Below the pieces are notes generated by a model that worked only from the letters and a program-made list of their open reading frames with translations, did not search any database and had not been told where the DNA came from. 64,000 bases of DNA. It comes from Amphiscolops sp. MND2022. Its lineage: Eukaryota. The position numbers and the translations under genes are program-made. The stretch lies in assembly GCA_964187785.1 (NCBI GenBank), contig OZ076409.1, positions 96,474,001 through 96,538,000 of the forward strand. The letters are read 5' to 3'. Numbering within the stretch: the stretch's first letter is position 1; every line of letters starts with the position of its first letter. Positions 1 through 13,400 of this stretch are shown here, piece by piece.

Positions 1-1598
1 TGAGTTACTGTTTGCGCTTTCCTCTCTTTCAGAATGCCTTTCACCTAGCATTATATCTAGATTTTCAATATCCGAGAGAATCTCTAATCCTCTGGATTTT
101 CTTGTCTTTTTCTGTTTTCTTGTAGTAGGCATTAAGAATCCGAGTATAATTATTTGAATTATCTATATGTTCGAAAAACTAACAGAGAACTGTTTTGAAT
201 GTATCTTTATCGAAGTAAAAAATGGAAATTAGTGACTCTCCTAAGAGGGATGTGGGTGTTTATACCCCCGCGAGAGTGACACTCACATTCTTTACATTTT
301 TCGATTAAGGAAAATCACAAGGAAGCATAAGGATCATAAGGAAGCATCGATGATTGCCTTCAATTTGGCTGTTAATGGGACTACTACATCAAAGCATCGG
401 TCAAACCAAAATATCTAAGCAACTAAATACTGAACATTCCTGGTTAATACTTCATGTTGTCAACAATTCATCATCACAATACTGCTGAGGTGCAAATATT
501 CAAAATATGTAACATCAGCTTCGAGCACGTGGTGGCACGTGAGATTGAAAGTGGGACGTGGGTGAAACAATTTACATGTAGTGGATAATTATGTAGGCCT
601 AATAGGGCCGGCGTACTCAATATCATCCAGTAATTAAAGACCGGTATAGGACCGGAGTCCAAACTTCATTACTACTATATTAAACCAACAATCAACACTT
701 CAAAGCATCATTAACAATCCTTTTCATGCTTCATTACTGTGCCAAAAGTGGGTTAACCGAGCTACACGTGATATTCTACCATTTGAGCAGCTCCGTTTTG
801 ATTACAATGACCCCATTGCCAATCAACTTTTCCATGAAGATTCTCAACCGATGTTTGACTGATGGAATCGTCAGAAAACTCCGTTTACAAAACACTTTTC
901 TTTGTTGTGTATTCAATTTTTCACTACTTTCGTTATAATTTCACTTGTATGTAAACACTGATTGCTACAAGTACAAATGTTTGTTTTTCGTAATATCGAA
1001 ACAAAACACCGTTAATTACATTTTCCCTTGCAACGTCTTCTTCACTCGAATTTAGATTTCCATTCATCATTCGGCTTGTAATTCATTTTGAAATTTTGGT
1101 ATCCGCCTTGCGGTATTTGAAAAATGGAAACTAGTTGTACCTAAAATACACTAAAATACACGAAAGAGCTGTGTGTGGAATTTGATGTAGAATTGACAAG
1201 GTCTCCGTTGCAGTCAGCAGTATGCTTGAAGTGAGTTTTCCGGAACCAAAATTTGGTATCCACCATGAGGTAAATGAAAATTGAAAGCTAGTTATACCTA
1301 AAGGTATGTGTGTATAACTAGGTAACTAGCAGGAACTGTGTGTGAAATTTTGATGCCCACTATGATTCAATCAAAGTATGAAAAAATAACAGTCAAACTA
1401 AAGCGGTAAAACGGTGCTTGATTGCGGTAAAAACTCACTGGGAATAATTTGTCAAAAGAAGAAATTCTGAATCCTTCTTTTTGTGACACTTGCTGATTCT
1501 GAAAAAGTTTCTCATTTTCAAAACTGAACTCGTGAAGGAAGGGCACTGAAGTACATGAACTCTTTTTCGATGGTTGATAGTTTTTGTGAGTTGGTATT

Positions 1599-1761
1599 GA
1601 AATAATTCAGTGAAATAATTAGGTGAAATAATTCAGTGAAATAATTCAGTGAAATAATTCAGTGAAATAATTCAATGAAATAATTCAGTGAAATAATTCA
1701 GTGAATTCCACTAAATACTGCAGTGAAATAATTAGGTGAAATAATTCAGTGAATTCCACTA
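1599..1761. repeat. 13-bp tandem minisatellite (GAAATAATTCAGT)n, ~11 units with variants
   Basis: Tandem units are directly visible. Degenerate CCACTGCAG / GTGGAATCCAC repeats follow to ~2060. Confidence 0.95.
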
Positions 1762-3698
1762 AAACACTGCAGTGGAGTTCACTGCAGCTGATAGTGGATT
1801 CCACTGCGGCCATCTGTGGAGTCCACTGCAGCGTTCAGTGGAATCCACGGCAGTGTTTTGTGGAATCCACTGCAAGATCCGAATGTTTAAGGTATTTGAT
1901 AGTGGAATCCAATGCTTTGCAGCGAAATTCGCTGCAGAAAAATCGCCAAAAGAGTGGAATCGACTGCAACGTAATAGCATTTGCTAGTGGATTACGCTGC
2001 ACGCTTTCCAAAACTGCCGTCCAGCGAAATCCACTGCAAATATTCAAAATACCCACTTTTGGCACTGTAATGTTAAGAGTTGTTATATCAGACTAGTATG
2101 CATCAATAATCCACTGTACTGAGTATTAGCATTTTAAAAGCGCATTGCTTTAATCGGCCGGAACCGGCCATTTACCTAAACAGCGCAAGTGAATTTAACA
2201 AATCTCAGTCAAACGGCCATTACCGGCAAATGATTGTACTGCACTACACTAATGAAGGCTTGTGATTGGTTAAAGTGTATCAGCAAGCGACATTGCCGCG
2301 AAGGTACGGAAACTCATTTGGTCTCGTTTCCGTATTGGTTTGCAGTCAACTTTCTCATTTCGCTCTTGTATCAATTCACATCTACAGCACTTTAAATAGC
2401 ACGCTTATGTTAACAGACTAATAATACTTGTGTATAAAACATACAAGCACGATAATACATACGGCAAATAAAATGGAAATATATAGCAATGTCAGATTAT
2501 GAAAAATAAAATCAAAGCAAAAGGTTTAATAGTCTGAGTTTAAAGTATAGGCAGAGTGCCCGGTGCTGTTTCCTGACCTGTAGTGGTGGTGGTGATTTTG
2601 GTGCCATCACAGGCGACAGCCTGTGACAACTATGAAAAAGTTTTGAAAAATATTAACTTTTGTCCAGAATTTTGTGGTCAAGTATAAGTCGAAATGTTCT
2701 CGTTGATTTTTGTTCATCAAAAGTTTCAAAACCATCCTAACAGATCTGCTTTGTCAATGTAGATGTGAACATTTTAAGGCGTGAACGTAACACCAATTTT
2801 CTTCAATGTGTTCCGAAAACAAAACGCTTCTCAAATTACGTTTAAATGACATTCAGAATACGAAACGTGCATCTAATTTCTGAGCAATCGAAGGGAGAGG
2901 ACTCGAAAATCACTTTATTCTATTTGGTTTTAAATTGTCGGTTTACATTTTCAACCCTTGTATTATTAAACTAGTCATTACATATACGGGCTAATTTTTG
3001 TTTGTTTTTTTTTGTCTGGAGATTAATATCCACCAAATGTATATTTTGTAGCTCAAAGAATAAGTAAATCTTTCATTTCATGAAAAGTTGTCAGTGTAAA
3101 AATCACAATGTATTCGCCCTATCTTTCGGCTTAAAACACTAGCAAAAATAAATTGAGCGTCGCGCTAAAGTAAGGACACTTTCTGACACCTCAAAAGCGT
3201 AACTTCCTATATTCCCACGAAAAGTTTTTTATTTAGAGTAAATTAGTAACTGACTGTGTGAATATTTATGACACCAACGAGATAAAGTCAATCAGTACTT
3301 CAGGAATCTTTTTTAACTTTCTTCAAATGACACTCTTGAATTTAAATTTTCAGTTTTTCGAAGTGGGAGGGGTGAAGACTTTGTTCATTCAGACGACCAT
3401 CTTTGGTTATATATTAATTTATTTTCAAATTAAATTGCAGTAGTGGAAAATGCAGTGTAATTCCACACGTTTTACCACCGGAACCTTACTGGATTTTTTA
3501 TAGTTCATGAAAAATTAAACTGCATGCAGGTTGCAGTCTGTGAAAATTCCAGCAGTGTCAACTAGGGATATTTGAGATCACATGACCCCTAGACTACTGC
3601 CCTGAATTTATTGGGGGAGGAAAATCATAATCTGTGTGGCGTTTTTTCTTTCAAATTCTGCCAAATCTCCACTTTATTACTCTAGTTAGTAAATACTA

Positions 3699-3866
3699 AT
3701 TTGGATAGGGTCTTTTCGGTTATCCCCCAGCGTACAGGCTTAAAAATTATCCCCCCATTATAATTTCATTTGTTAGGATAAGAATCGTAGTATATGACTC
3801 ACTTCTTAATGACTCATTGGGGGCAAATTTGCTGGGGGGAAATAACAGAAAAGGCCCTTTGGATAT
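3699..3866. mobile_element. Small MITE-like inverted-repeat element inserted just upstream of a tRNA-like repeat
   Basis: Left arm TTTGGATAGGGTCTTTTCGGTTATCCCCCAGC is the approximate reverse complement of right arm GCTGGGGGGAAATAACAGAAAAGGCCCTTTGGAT. The related repeat copy at 12766-12860 lacks this insert. Confidence 0.6.
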
Positions 3867-3870
3867 TCTA

Positions 3871-3985
3871 GTCATCATGGCGCAGGTGGTACTGGGTCTG
3901 CCTGCCAGACACGAGGTCGTGGGTTCGAACCTATACTGATGCATTACATTTTTGACGGAAAATATCCAGAGCGTAGCGGACGTCG
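3871..3985 (+). mobile_element. tRNA-derived (SINE-like) repeat
   Basis: Pol III A box TGGCGCAGGTGG and B box GGTTCGAACC. Acceptor and anticodon stems are imperfect. Related copies at 12858 and 14736. Confidence 0.7.
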
Positions 3986-6900
3986 TCTTTACTAACGTTG
4001 TTTACTATAACATCTATTTATGTTGTTTTGCGGCCATTTGTGTATAGATATCGAACAATCTAATTGAGAAGTATTAAAGCAAAATAGTGTTTCCTTAACC
4101 GTGACAGAATTGAAGGGGTATTTTTGTTTTGAAACAAACACAAACTGTCAAAGTTATAACACATTGTGACTTTCGGCCTTGTCTGAAATTTATCATGCAA
4201 TACCTTAAAAACCGCTGTTCGTAACACAAAATGCCTCGTTGAAACTCTGTACCTTCGATTCGGATCTCTAACTCTTGACTTTAACAGTTTTTCTGGAAAT
4301 GCCCTCCTTAAGAGTTTACACCATAAAATTATCACAAAATGGATATTTTTCTACTTTTAATTCGTAAAAATAATGTTTTGGTGGAATTACAAGTCTTTCT
4401 GACTGTTCTTTTCTCAAGAAAACCTTTTCACAAAAAGTGTCGAGTTTAGAAGATTAAGACTGTTGTCACGGCTACAAATTTGATGTAGGCGTTTTTTTCT
4501 TACCAGTAGTTAATGAGATATTGCGTAACAATGTTCGGAAAACTTCAGAGAGCGTAATAAGTCTTATCATTTCTTTCTGATTCTTAGCTAAGATCAGTCA
4601 ATATCTCTTTTCTCAAAGACATTTTTATCTCACTATTATTTCGACTTGGATTTTGAGGGATTTGCTAGGTCCAGCTACCAAATTCTCAGGCTGACTGTTT
4701 TCAGCTAAAGAGGTTTCATCAAACTCTTCTGATGCTAGCTCAGCTACAGCTTTCGTTTTGTGGCCTCCGGTTGTCATTTTCGAGTTGAAAGAAGAAAATT
4801 GAAATTTGGAAACCGTGAATTCTTCAAACATATTTTTCATTTTTGTAACGGAATTGAGAATCTTGCCGAATAACAAAAGTACTAACTAAAATTTACATGT
4901 CGGTTTTACATATTTATACTTTCCTAGCATCATTTGTTGCTCACCCAAAAATTCCTGGGTACCTAGGTTTCACAAAATCGGATTAGTCCACTAAAATGTT
5001 TAATATTCCAAATCATTTCAGTCCCGTGTCATAAAAATCAAGTATCAAAATTCCTAGTTACGTCTCCCTTCCGTAGCATTTGCTGAAATCATATTTGTTC
5101 ATGCTAATTCATATCCTGTTTGGGTTTGAAATGGTGGCAAAATAAAAGTCTGCCAAATCTTTTCATCGACGAAGGCACGTCGGCGTGATCAATTAGTCAA
5201 ATTCCAAGTTGCAATATTTTAGAGGTGAGACAAATGTATGAAACTCAAAAATAGCGACGTGACTGAAACGGAACATATATTTCCAGGATTGAAGTTGCGT
5301 AAAGCATGTAATTGAAGGGAACAAATGATGTTAGGATAACACAACCTGATAATTAGCGCAAACATGAAAGTTGCTGTAAAAGTACAAAAATTGGAAACAC
5401 AGACTCATATATTAGCAAATTACATGATATACAGATCCTACTAAAAACTTTGCACAAAATTAGAACATACCGTAATAGCAATCGAAAACAATTTTACGAA
5501 CTTGATACAAGTTCAGACATAACATTTTGCTATGGAAATGGCTCGTTATCACAACAGAACAAGACAACTCTCAGATGATTTGGTGATGAACGGAGATCCT
5601 GCGTTGCATTTTGATCAACATATGAAATATAAATCGTAATTGAGGTATAGCATTTGATATTATTTCCAAGAGGTTGTCTGCAACGTACGATGAACGTAAC
5701 TTCATCATTAATGCTTAAGTACAATATTCAAACAATAGTATTATGATCGCAACTTCGGTTCCCCCTTATAGCACAACATCTATTATGCAAATTCTCAACT
5801 TGAGGGTCCGCTACGGCATCGTTTTCCTAAACGAATTTCTTATGATCGAGCTTAGAGCCTCGGCATCTTAGTTACATACATATAATTTGCTCCGTAACGT
5901 CTCCGTGCGTATTAACATTAGGCATTGCTGAAGAGCGATCAAAAGGGAGAATGCGGAGAGCGTAGGCGTCCATTCTTTTTCTCTCAGCTGGTAATGTCAT
6001 AAGAAAATCATTCCTATTGGAACTGAGCGCAAATAACTCGACCAAGGGACGGCGCTATTGGTCCGTAGAAATAGAAACACGAGTTACTAGTTTAGTTGGG
6101 TGACGCTGCCACAACGTTGTAATTGTTTGCTTAATTTTCTTAACTGTAATTTGATTGAATTCTGACAACTAGTTTAGAATTTGAAAACAATCCCTTATAC
6201 TATTTTATGTTTGTTTCATTTTAGATTGTATGAGCTCCGTTAGGACCACGGAACTGAACATTGTTCTAAATGTTTCATTTCAGGGTGGAAAAAAGATGAC
6301 TAATTTCCTATCGTGAGTTTTGTCTTTGTTTTGCTGTTTAGATTAGTATGTGATTCTCAGGAGATAAACCGGAAGTAATGATTGATCGCGCGTAAAATGT
6401 TAGACCGGAATTTTTAGCTAGATCAAGATCATTTCGCAAAATATTACGTCGCCCTTACGTTAACCTTTATTATTCAGGAAAAAAATCCTCTAGGATTTAT
6501 TCAGCTGTACTGTAAGTAGAATTTTTGTTGACTAATCGTAAGTTTAGAAGTATTTTTCATACCTGTGCCCAAAACTTCTTGCGTCACGGTGGATTTCTTC
6601 ATAGCAAGTTGTGCATCGACCGGGAGCGGGTCGTGACAACTTCTAATCAAAATTTTATTCTTCTGATGTTTTTGTAGAATGAATATATTGAGAAAATAGT
6701 CCTTTGAAAATTTTCGTCTGCCATATCCAGTGTCTTTAGCTTTTGGTACCCTAGTGTATTGCAAAAGTTTTTACTTTACATGCAAAGTCGCCTCAAAGTT
6801 ATTCTCGTGAAGTTCAATTCCATGTCAAATCAAACTACTCCACGTGAATTTGGACTGTTCAAAGAAGTTAATAAAGAACAAAAAATCATAAATCAACACT

Positions 6901-9900
6901 TCATTTCCCGTATCGCAGAGGCGGGCGCCAATTGTTCATGATTGCTTTTTGTTGCTAGGCGTCAACAATTCTTTTTTTTCGAAGTTCGTACATAACTAAC
7001 CAAAGATGCAACTAATTTCACATCGTGTCTGACAAAGTTGATTCTCTTCAAATGATTTTTTTCCGTTTTGAAGTTTTCCCCAATGTAGATTCTATTGCAA
7101 GTATATGAAAAGCCTGCTGGTCTTGTGAACATATTGAGAAATATGAAATAAAATTGTGATGATTGCCAATTTCGTTTTGTCATCTTTCGGTTCATCAACA
7201 TAGGATTCATAAAATGAAATTTTTTTGGAAAATTTTCCGGAAAAAATTTAAAAAATTGTTTTACACACCAATTTGATAACTTAACTAACACCGGCGGCTA
7301 GCCTAATTTCGGTGAATATTTGATGATTTTACGTACTGTTGCTTTAGTCTTCGAACTATATTGATTTTTGTTAAATCAGAACATTTTTCAATGTCTTTGA
7401 ATTACAAGATATTACAAATATAAACATGTTTGCAACATCTAGTAATGTTAACGACATTGAAAAGATCCTAAGGTCCTTGTTTTTCTGCTGACACGGTCAA
7501 CTTCGAAAATTTTTAAAAAAAATTCACCCACTTAGAATTTTTGCCTTTTCTTTCCATGCGATTCCATGCATGGAACCATATGGAAAGCCAGGATGTCATG
7601 ATTCCATACATGGAATCGCATGGAATTCAGCCGATCACATGGTTCCATGCATGGAGTTGCATGGAAGCATCAAGAATTAGGATCCGAGTTCCAACGATTC
7701 TATAATTCAAAGAATTAGGCAACAAAACATTAACCTCGACAGTACACCGAGAAGTAAAAAAAATGACAAAAAATTGGCAAAATTTTTTCAAAGCCTGATG
7801 CCGGTCGAACACTTAGCAGAAGCTTCATTGAAAAAAACCTCTATATGCGTTTTCAATGGTGGCAAACTGTGTTACTAGAATGGGACAGTAACTTATCAAA
7901 CAGTTGTTGTGATATTGAGAAAAAGCTAATTTTCTGAAAAGTCTTTTTGCAAATTTCCACTTTTTTCCAGTTACTTTTTTGCCGGTGGTTCGGAAAACAA
8001 ACTGTGTTGACACAAATAACATCTCGCCGCAGATAGTCCAATAGATTGTTGATGAGAAAAACAAACTTTCGTTTTTCTATATGCTTTTTGCGTTTCGTAT
8101 TTTTTTATTGATTGTGAAAAAATCGCTGTCCTCATTTGAGGACGAATTCACTGTCGAGGTTAATGCTCATAAAATTTAAAGAAATGTTAAATTTCCTATA
8201 TTGCCTACAAAATGGATTCCTGTACAGATCTTGAAAAAATCAATTCATGCATGCTAATTGCAAACTAGTTCAAAACGGTACATGAAAAGGAACATGTGAG
8301 AAGGACATTTGAAAACTTGAAAAAAAAACGATTGTTTATAAATTCCGGATTCCGGATTTCCGGATTCAAAGATTAAATTTCAAAAACGTCCCCTTTTTTA
8401 TTCACCTAGATGAGAATTGTTTTTTTGCGGAATTGTCAGGAATGCCCGTAGCCTGGGTAGTTAATTGGGTTATATCAGATATGTCCTGCCTAGAATTAAG
8501 GCTAATTGCTGCAAATAGACGCAATAAACATTCAAGACCAGCAGTTCGGATCTGTGACTTTTTGTGGCGCCGCCAAGCGGTCAAAAACGGCAGCTGGCGA
8601 CTGCTACATTTTCCATTTCATCTTACTCAATTACTATATGCATTGTGATACATATTTATCTAGAAATATATACCTCTTTTTATACAGTTTTCACAAATAT
8701 ATTGTAAAGAAGTTGTAATGAAATTTCATATTTACAGTCCATAAAAGCTGTCCCATGTATGATGGAAAATTGTTTTTTTTAAAGAACAGAAAATGTAGAT
8801 GAAAAGAGCACAGAATATACAAAGTATCACAGAAAACTCGTTGAAAAAAGTAGTGTATTTATTAAGTGTGAGTATAATTCACCCCACGTTTTGATTTTTT
8901 GAAAGCGTCTTACACTAAAAAACCAATTAACAACTAGACCTTGCTGTCTGTGCTTTGATTGACAGGGTATTGTCACACTAAAAATGGAACTCTGAGAAAT
9001 TATGCTCAATTTAGCGCTCAACAATTTTCACGTATCAATTCGAAAGTCCAACCCAGCCTTCGTTCGTAGTTGTGATTACACCTCAAAACATTTAAAAAAA
9101 CTAAAACTTGTGAAAAACTTATACTCGGAATTTTTCTAAAAAAAAGTAATTTTTTTACAAAAAAAGTCGCACAGTGCCGAACATTCCAAATGTGGACCCT
9201 TTAGGCTCACAAAACGTTTTTCCAAACTTTTTTGAATTTCCAAACTTAAATTTGAATTCTCGAATTTGCATCACTTTATTTCATCAACATTGCAAAAAAA
9301 TCGAGTTGCAAAAAATCAAATCTGCGTCAATTTGTTTTGAGAAATACTACGCAAAATGGTACTTTCATGTGATTTTCTAATTCGAACCTGATTAAAAGTA
9401 TCAGCTCTTAAACCTTATTTTTTACATTCTCTTAATGTTTTTTCACTCTTAAAATTGATTTGATTGATGTCCGTGAACGGATTTGTGTGTGTCTTGTTAT
9501 TCAGTCGTTTATTTATAAACCGTCAATGTTAGCAGTTTTATAATAATTCGATGCAATCTCTGAGAGAGAAATCTGTTTACAAATTAGACAGGTCTTGTTG
9601 TCAGATATTGAACAAAAAGAAGCAGGTGTTTTTTCCCGGGACTTGGAAACGACGAGTGCTGATAGGAAGTCAGTAAAAGTCAGTAGTTTCTGGTTTACAC
9701 ACCGAATAAATACACAAACACGATTACGACTCAAACCATCTCTTTCTTTCTTTCTACATTTTTCATCACTCAGAAACATGATTCAAAATGTGTTGTAAAA
9801 AAGCGGATTTCATGGAGAAAAAATTGGGAAAATTTCACAGAAGAATCCCCGTTCTAACTTTGAAAAATCAACTTCGCTCAACAATTAATTGTAACAAAAG

Positions 9901-10801
9901 TAAAAATCAACACTTTCATTTTTGTTTGATGTAGAAATTCCAGAAACTGTTTTTTTTACAGAAAATCAATTTTTCTCCCTGGGGAAAAGTCACGTGATGT
10001 TAGGGGAGGCACTTATTTTTGGGTACTCAAATTATTTGTCACCTGAAATATATATTTTTTCAAATTCGAAAACAGTGACTGGCAGGAATCAGTAAGGATT
10101 GCACTGCATTGTCCACGTGTAATAAAGTATCACTCAATAACAAATGAAAAGATAAGCTTCGTGATTTATGTGAGCTTAGGTCAATTTTCCGAGTAGGTGA
10201 CCTAAAAGTGCATATAAAAGATTAGTTTTTGAAAACTACCACTCACCAAAATCACAAAATGATAGATTTTTCTCTTTAAAAATATTCAAAACTGCTGACA
10301 GCTGAAGATGGAAAAAAATGTCCGTAGTGGTATTCCAATTGATCTCGAACAAGTTCCATGCGAATCTGTTGTTTTTCGTTTTCCTTCTGAAATCAATGAC
10401 GTTTTCATAAACTGTTTACAAATAATTTTATATCATGTTTATATCATACGAAATAATGAGAAAAAGGATCCGATATTTTCTTTTCCAAAGATACGAAGAT
10501 GAAATAGATGAATCACAATATGGAATAAAATGTTGGAGTGTTTACCGTTTCACATAATGTGTCCCCATAATCATCCCCTTTCACCCTTTAATTACGTTTT
10601 AATTACCTCATATTGCATACACTGCCTCTTGAACTAGAATTAAATATTTTATACTGTTTTAGATAGGAAATACAATGTTTTTGTCATTTTTTGCCAGTTT
10701 AATAAAAGGACAGACGAGCATTCATTCTGTAAGTGTTTTCCGGTGTTGCATTGCTAATTGAAAATGTGGTTTCGCTTCATCATTATAGCCTAGTTGTCAG
10801 C

Positions 10802-11437
10802 TAGGACAGTTCTAAGATATCGCAACCTCATTGCTTAAAATGGCAAAGTTATAAACCAAATATCTCGTAAACTGTCTTTTGAATACAAAAATTTGCCAGC
10901 TACGTGAGTACAAAAATTTGCAGGCTACACAAGTTTCTTAGAATTTTTATCTAGTTTACAAAAATATTCGTTTGCAATTTCTGCAACAAAAATTACAAAC
11001 GTTAGAAATTGTAAAATTTGCTAAACTTTCATCAAATGTGCACTTTTCTTCATTTTCCTATCTTAATACCTATACTTTTGTGCTCATAGACACAAAATAT
11101 AGTGCATTTTTTTGGTTCGAAACAAATTTTTTATCGTAAAAATTCAGTAGCTTCGGGAGATTATAGGGAGTCTCTGAATGAGAAAAATTCCAAAACTTTT
11201 AGTTCTAAGCTACTCAATTTTCAGAAAGTTTCAATTAAAATTTTCTAAAATTTGCAATTTCCAACATTCTCAATATGGGTCGTAGAAATTCCGAACAAGC
11301 ATTTTTGTAAACTAAATAAAATTCTAAGAAACTTTTGCAGCTAACAATATTATTTATTTGTGACAGTTTACGAGATACTTGGTTTTGAATTTTGTCATTT
11401 TGAGTAATGGAGTTGCAATATTTTAGAACGTTCCTGT
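10802..11437. mobile_element. Non-autonomous DNA transposon (foldback/MITE) with long imperfect TIRs
   Basis: A ~75-bp arm (GTTCTAAGATATCGCAAC...ATCTCGTAAACTGTC) mirrors GACAGTTTACGAGAT...GTTGCAATATTTTAGAAC, with further internal inverted blocks. A related arm starts at ~30180. Confidence 0.7.
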
Positions 11438-11533
11438 ACACTGAGTGCGCTTTTTAACCGCTGATTTTGTTGGGTTCCATCAACATTCAAGTACAAGTGG
11501 GTCGGAAATCAATAACGAAAGTGAGAACTATTA

Positions 11534-11892
11534 CACCGTTTCCGCGTTGAGTGAAGCATATCAGATGTTAAGTGAATCGCTTCGGCTTTCGTTCCAAATT
11601 TTAAGCTAATCACCAGCCACCAAACTAAAACTGCATTGTAATCAGAAGTCAAGTGAACAATATCAGCAGCCAAGTGAGTTAGCAAATAAGAATCACCAAC
11701 GACCCTTTAAAATTTAAGAAACGCTGACCAAAGAATGCTACATGTACATATAACCGTATGCGGCGTTCGCTCACACTATCATTCAAGCTACCATTTCGTT
11801 CACATTAAGCAAGATTTGCTGTAGGAAGCTAATCAATTTCTATTGGCTGTTCATCTAATATCTGATGTGCTTCAATTAACGTGGAAACGGTG
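11534..11892. mobile_element. Tc1/mariner-type MITE, ~38-bp TIRs, TA target duplication
   Basis: TA|CACCGTTTCCGCGTTGAGTGAAGCATATCAGATGTTA ... TAATATCTGATGTGCTTCAATTAACGTGGAAACGGTG|TA. Confidence 0.85.
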
Positions 11893-12857
11893 TAATGCTT
11901 GAGACGAAACATTTATCTTCTTTTGGGAGATTGTTAATGAGTCATGTATAACTGTCGAGTTTCGAACAATACGAAACAAACTAGAACAACGACATTGTAC
12001 TAGCGAATAATTCTGTTCTTGAAAATGCTGATGAACGTAAAAAGTTAAAATGGTATATTCTGGAATTTTTTCTAGTTCAAGATAGAATGAACGACCAATT
12101 CAAACTTTAAAGTAGATTTCAAAAAATTGCTAAATTTTTCCAACAAAAATGAAGGAGTTTGCTCTACCAAAAAACAGAGAAAGAGAAAATGTTACCTGAA
12201 GGGTACTTACGCCGGGTTGATGAAAACATGGATGATGTCTTGATATAACCTGTAGTTACCACTTTCAAGAACGGCAGGAGCGCAAAACTCTCGTCAAAAT
12301 GCAAAGTCGTCTCCGGAACACTTATTTAGTGTCACCTGTCACCTTGGCGATACATATCATTTTTTTAGAGAAATATTAATTAATTCCTTTAGAAACTTTT
12401 TAAAGAAATTTTGTGTTCTTCGACTTCTTTGATAATATGCATCTGAAGTTTTTTCTGAATGATCCAATCTTCAGTTTTTCTTGGAACAAGATTGGTTCTT
12501 TCGTTGAATCAGAAAAAGTTTTTTTTTCAGTCTTTCAACAACAGCTTCGATAATACTATCAGTTGAATGATTTGAAATATCGTTGATACTTTTCTGTTAA
12601 AGGGTTTAGTTGAAAATTTTTACCTCTATTCTGATTATTAACTTTTCCTTTTTGTCTGCGTTTAGTTTTTTGAGAATCTTCTTTAACAGTTGTTCCTGGC
12701 TTGCATTATATGGAAAAACTCCAGCAATGTTTATTTGATTATCATTTTTTATTTCCGCCGACATATAATGGGGGAGGAAAATCATAATCTGTGTTCTGGT
12801 TTTTTCCCAATTTCTGCCAAATTTATTTGGCTTTATTACTCCATTTAGTAAATTCTA

Positions 12858-12975
12858 GTCACCATGGCGCAGTTGGTAGTGCATCTGCCTGCAAGACACG
12901 AGGTCGTGGGTTCGAACCCGTGCTGATGAATTACATTTTTAGCGGAAAATATTCCGGTGCTTAGCGGGAGCTTGT
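12858..12975 (+). mobile_element. tRNA-derived (SINE-like) repeat
   Basis: A box TGGCGCAGTTGG, B box GGTTCGAACCC; homologous to 3871-3985. Confidence 0.7.
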
Positions 12976-12984
12976 TGTAAAATT

Positions 12985-13400
12985 GTAGGCTCTTTTCTGT
13001 TTTCCCCCCCACCACCAAAATTTTTGAAAATAACTTTCCTTAAAAACTTTGGACTAGCCTAATTAAAAGTAAAACCTTCTTTCATAACAGGAAGTTAACT
13101 TCCATTAGAGTAGTTTTCCACTTGAACAAAACATTGTTCACACATTTTGACTCTAATTATGTTCGTATTAAGTGTTTATTGATGACTCAAAACCGGAAGC
13201 TGTTGATTTCTTCATCAAAAATGCGTAACTACATAGGGAAAAAGCGTGAAAAAAGTTTGTATCTGAATCCTAAACTCTCACATTAAGAATGAATGTAAAT
13301 TTGAAGCTTTCTGGTTTGTATTCAAGTCTATTTGTTATAAGATTTTCACTAATTTTTCAAAAAAAATTTTGGTGGTGGGGGGGAAAACAGAAAAGAACCA
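12985..13400. mobile_element. MITE with ~45-bp TIRs (duplicated at ~14863-15278)
   Basis: GGCTCTTTTCTGTTTCCCCCCCACCACCAAAATTTTTGAAAA mirrors TTTTCAAAAAAAATTTTGGTGGTGGGGGGAAAACAGAAAAGAACC. The TIR resembles that of the 3699 element. Confidence 0.75.

Noticed and set aside
1599..2096. CRISPR-like array, or real ORFs at 1749-2096
   Set aside because: Units are contiguous with no unique spacers, the context is eukaryotic, and the ORFs arise from stop-poor repeats.
4560..4876. 83-aa minus-strand ORF that may be a retroelement gag N-terminal remnant
   Set aside because: No diagnostic motif, LTR or pol nearby that I can verify.
12858..12930. Functional tRNA gene
   Set aside because: A and B boxes are present, but acceptor and anticodon stems pair poorly and copies share long flanks, indicating a repeat.
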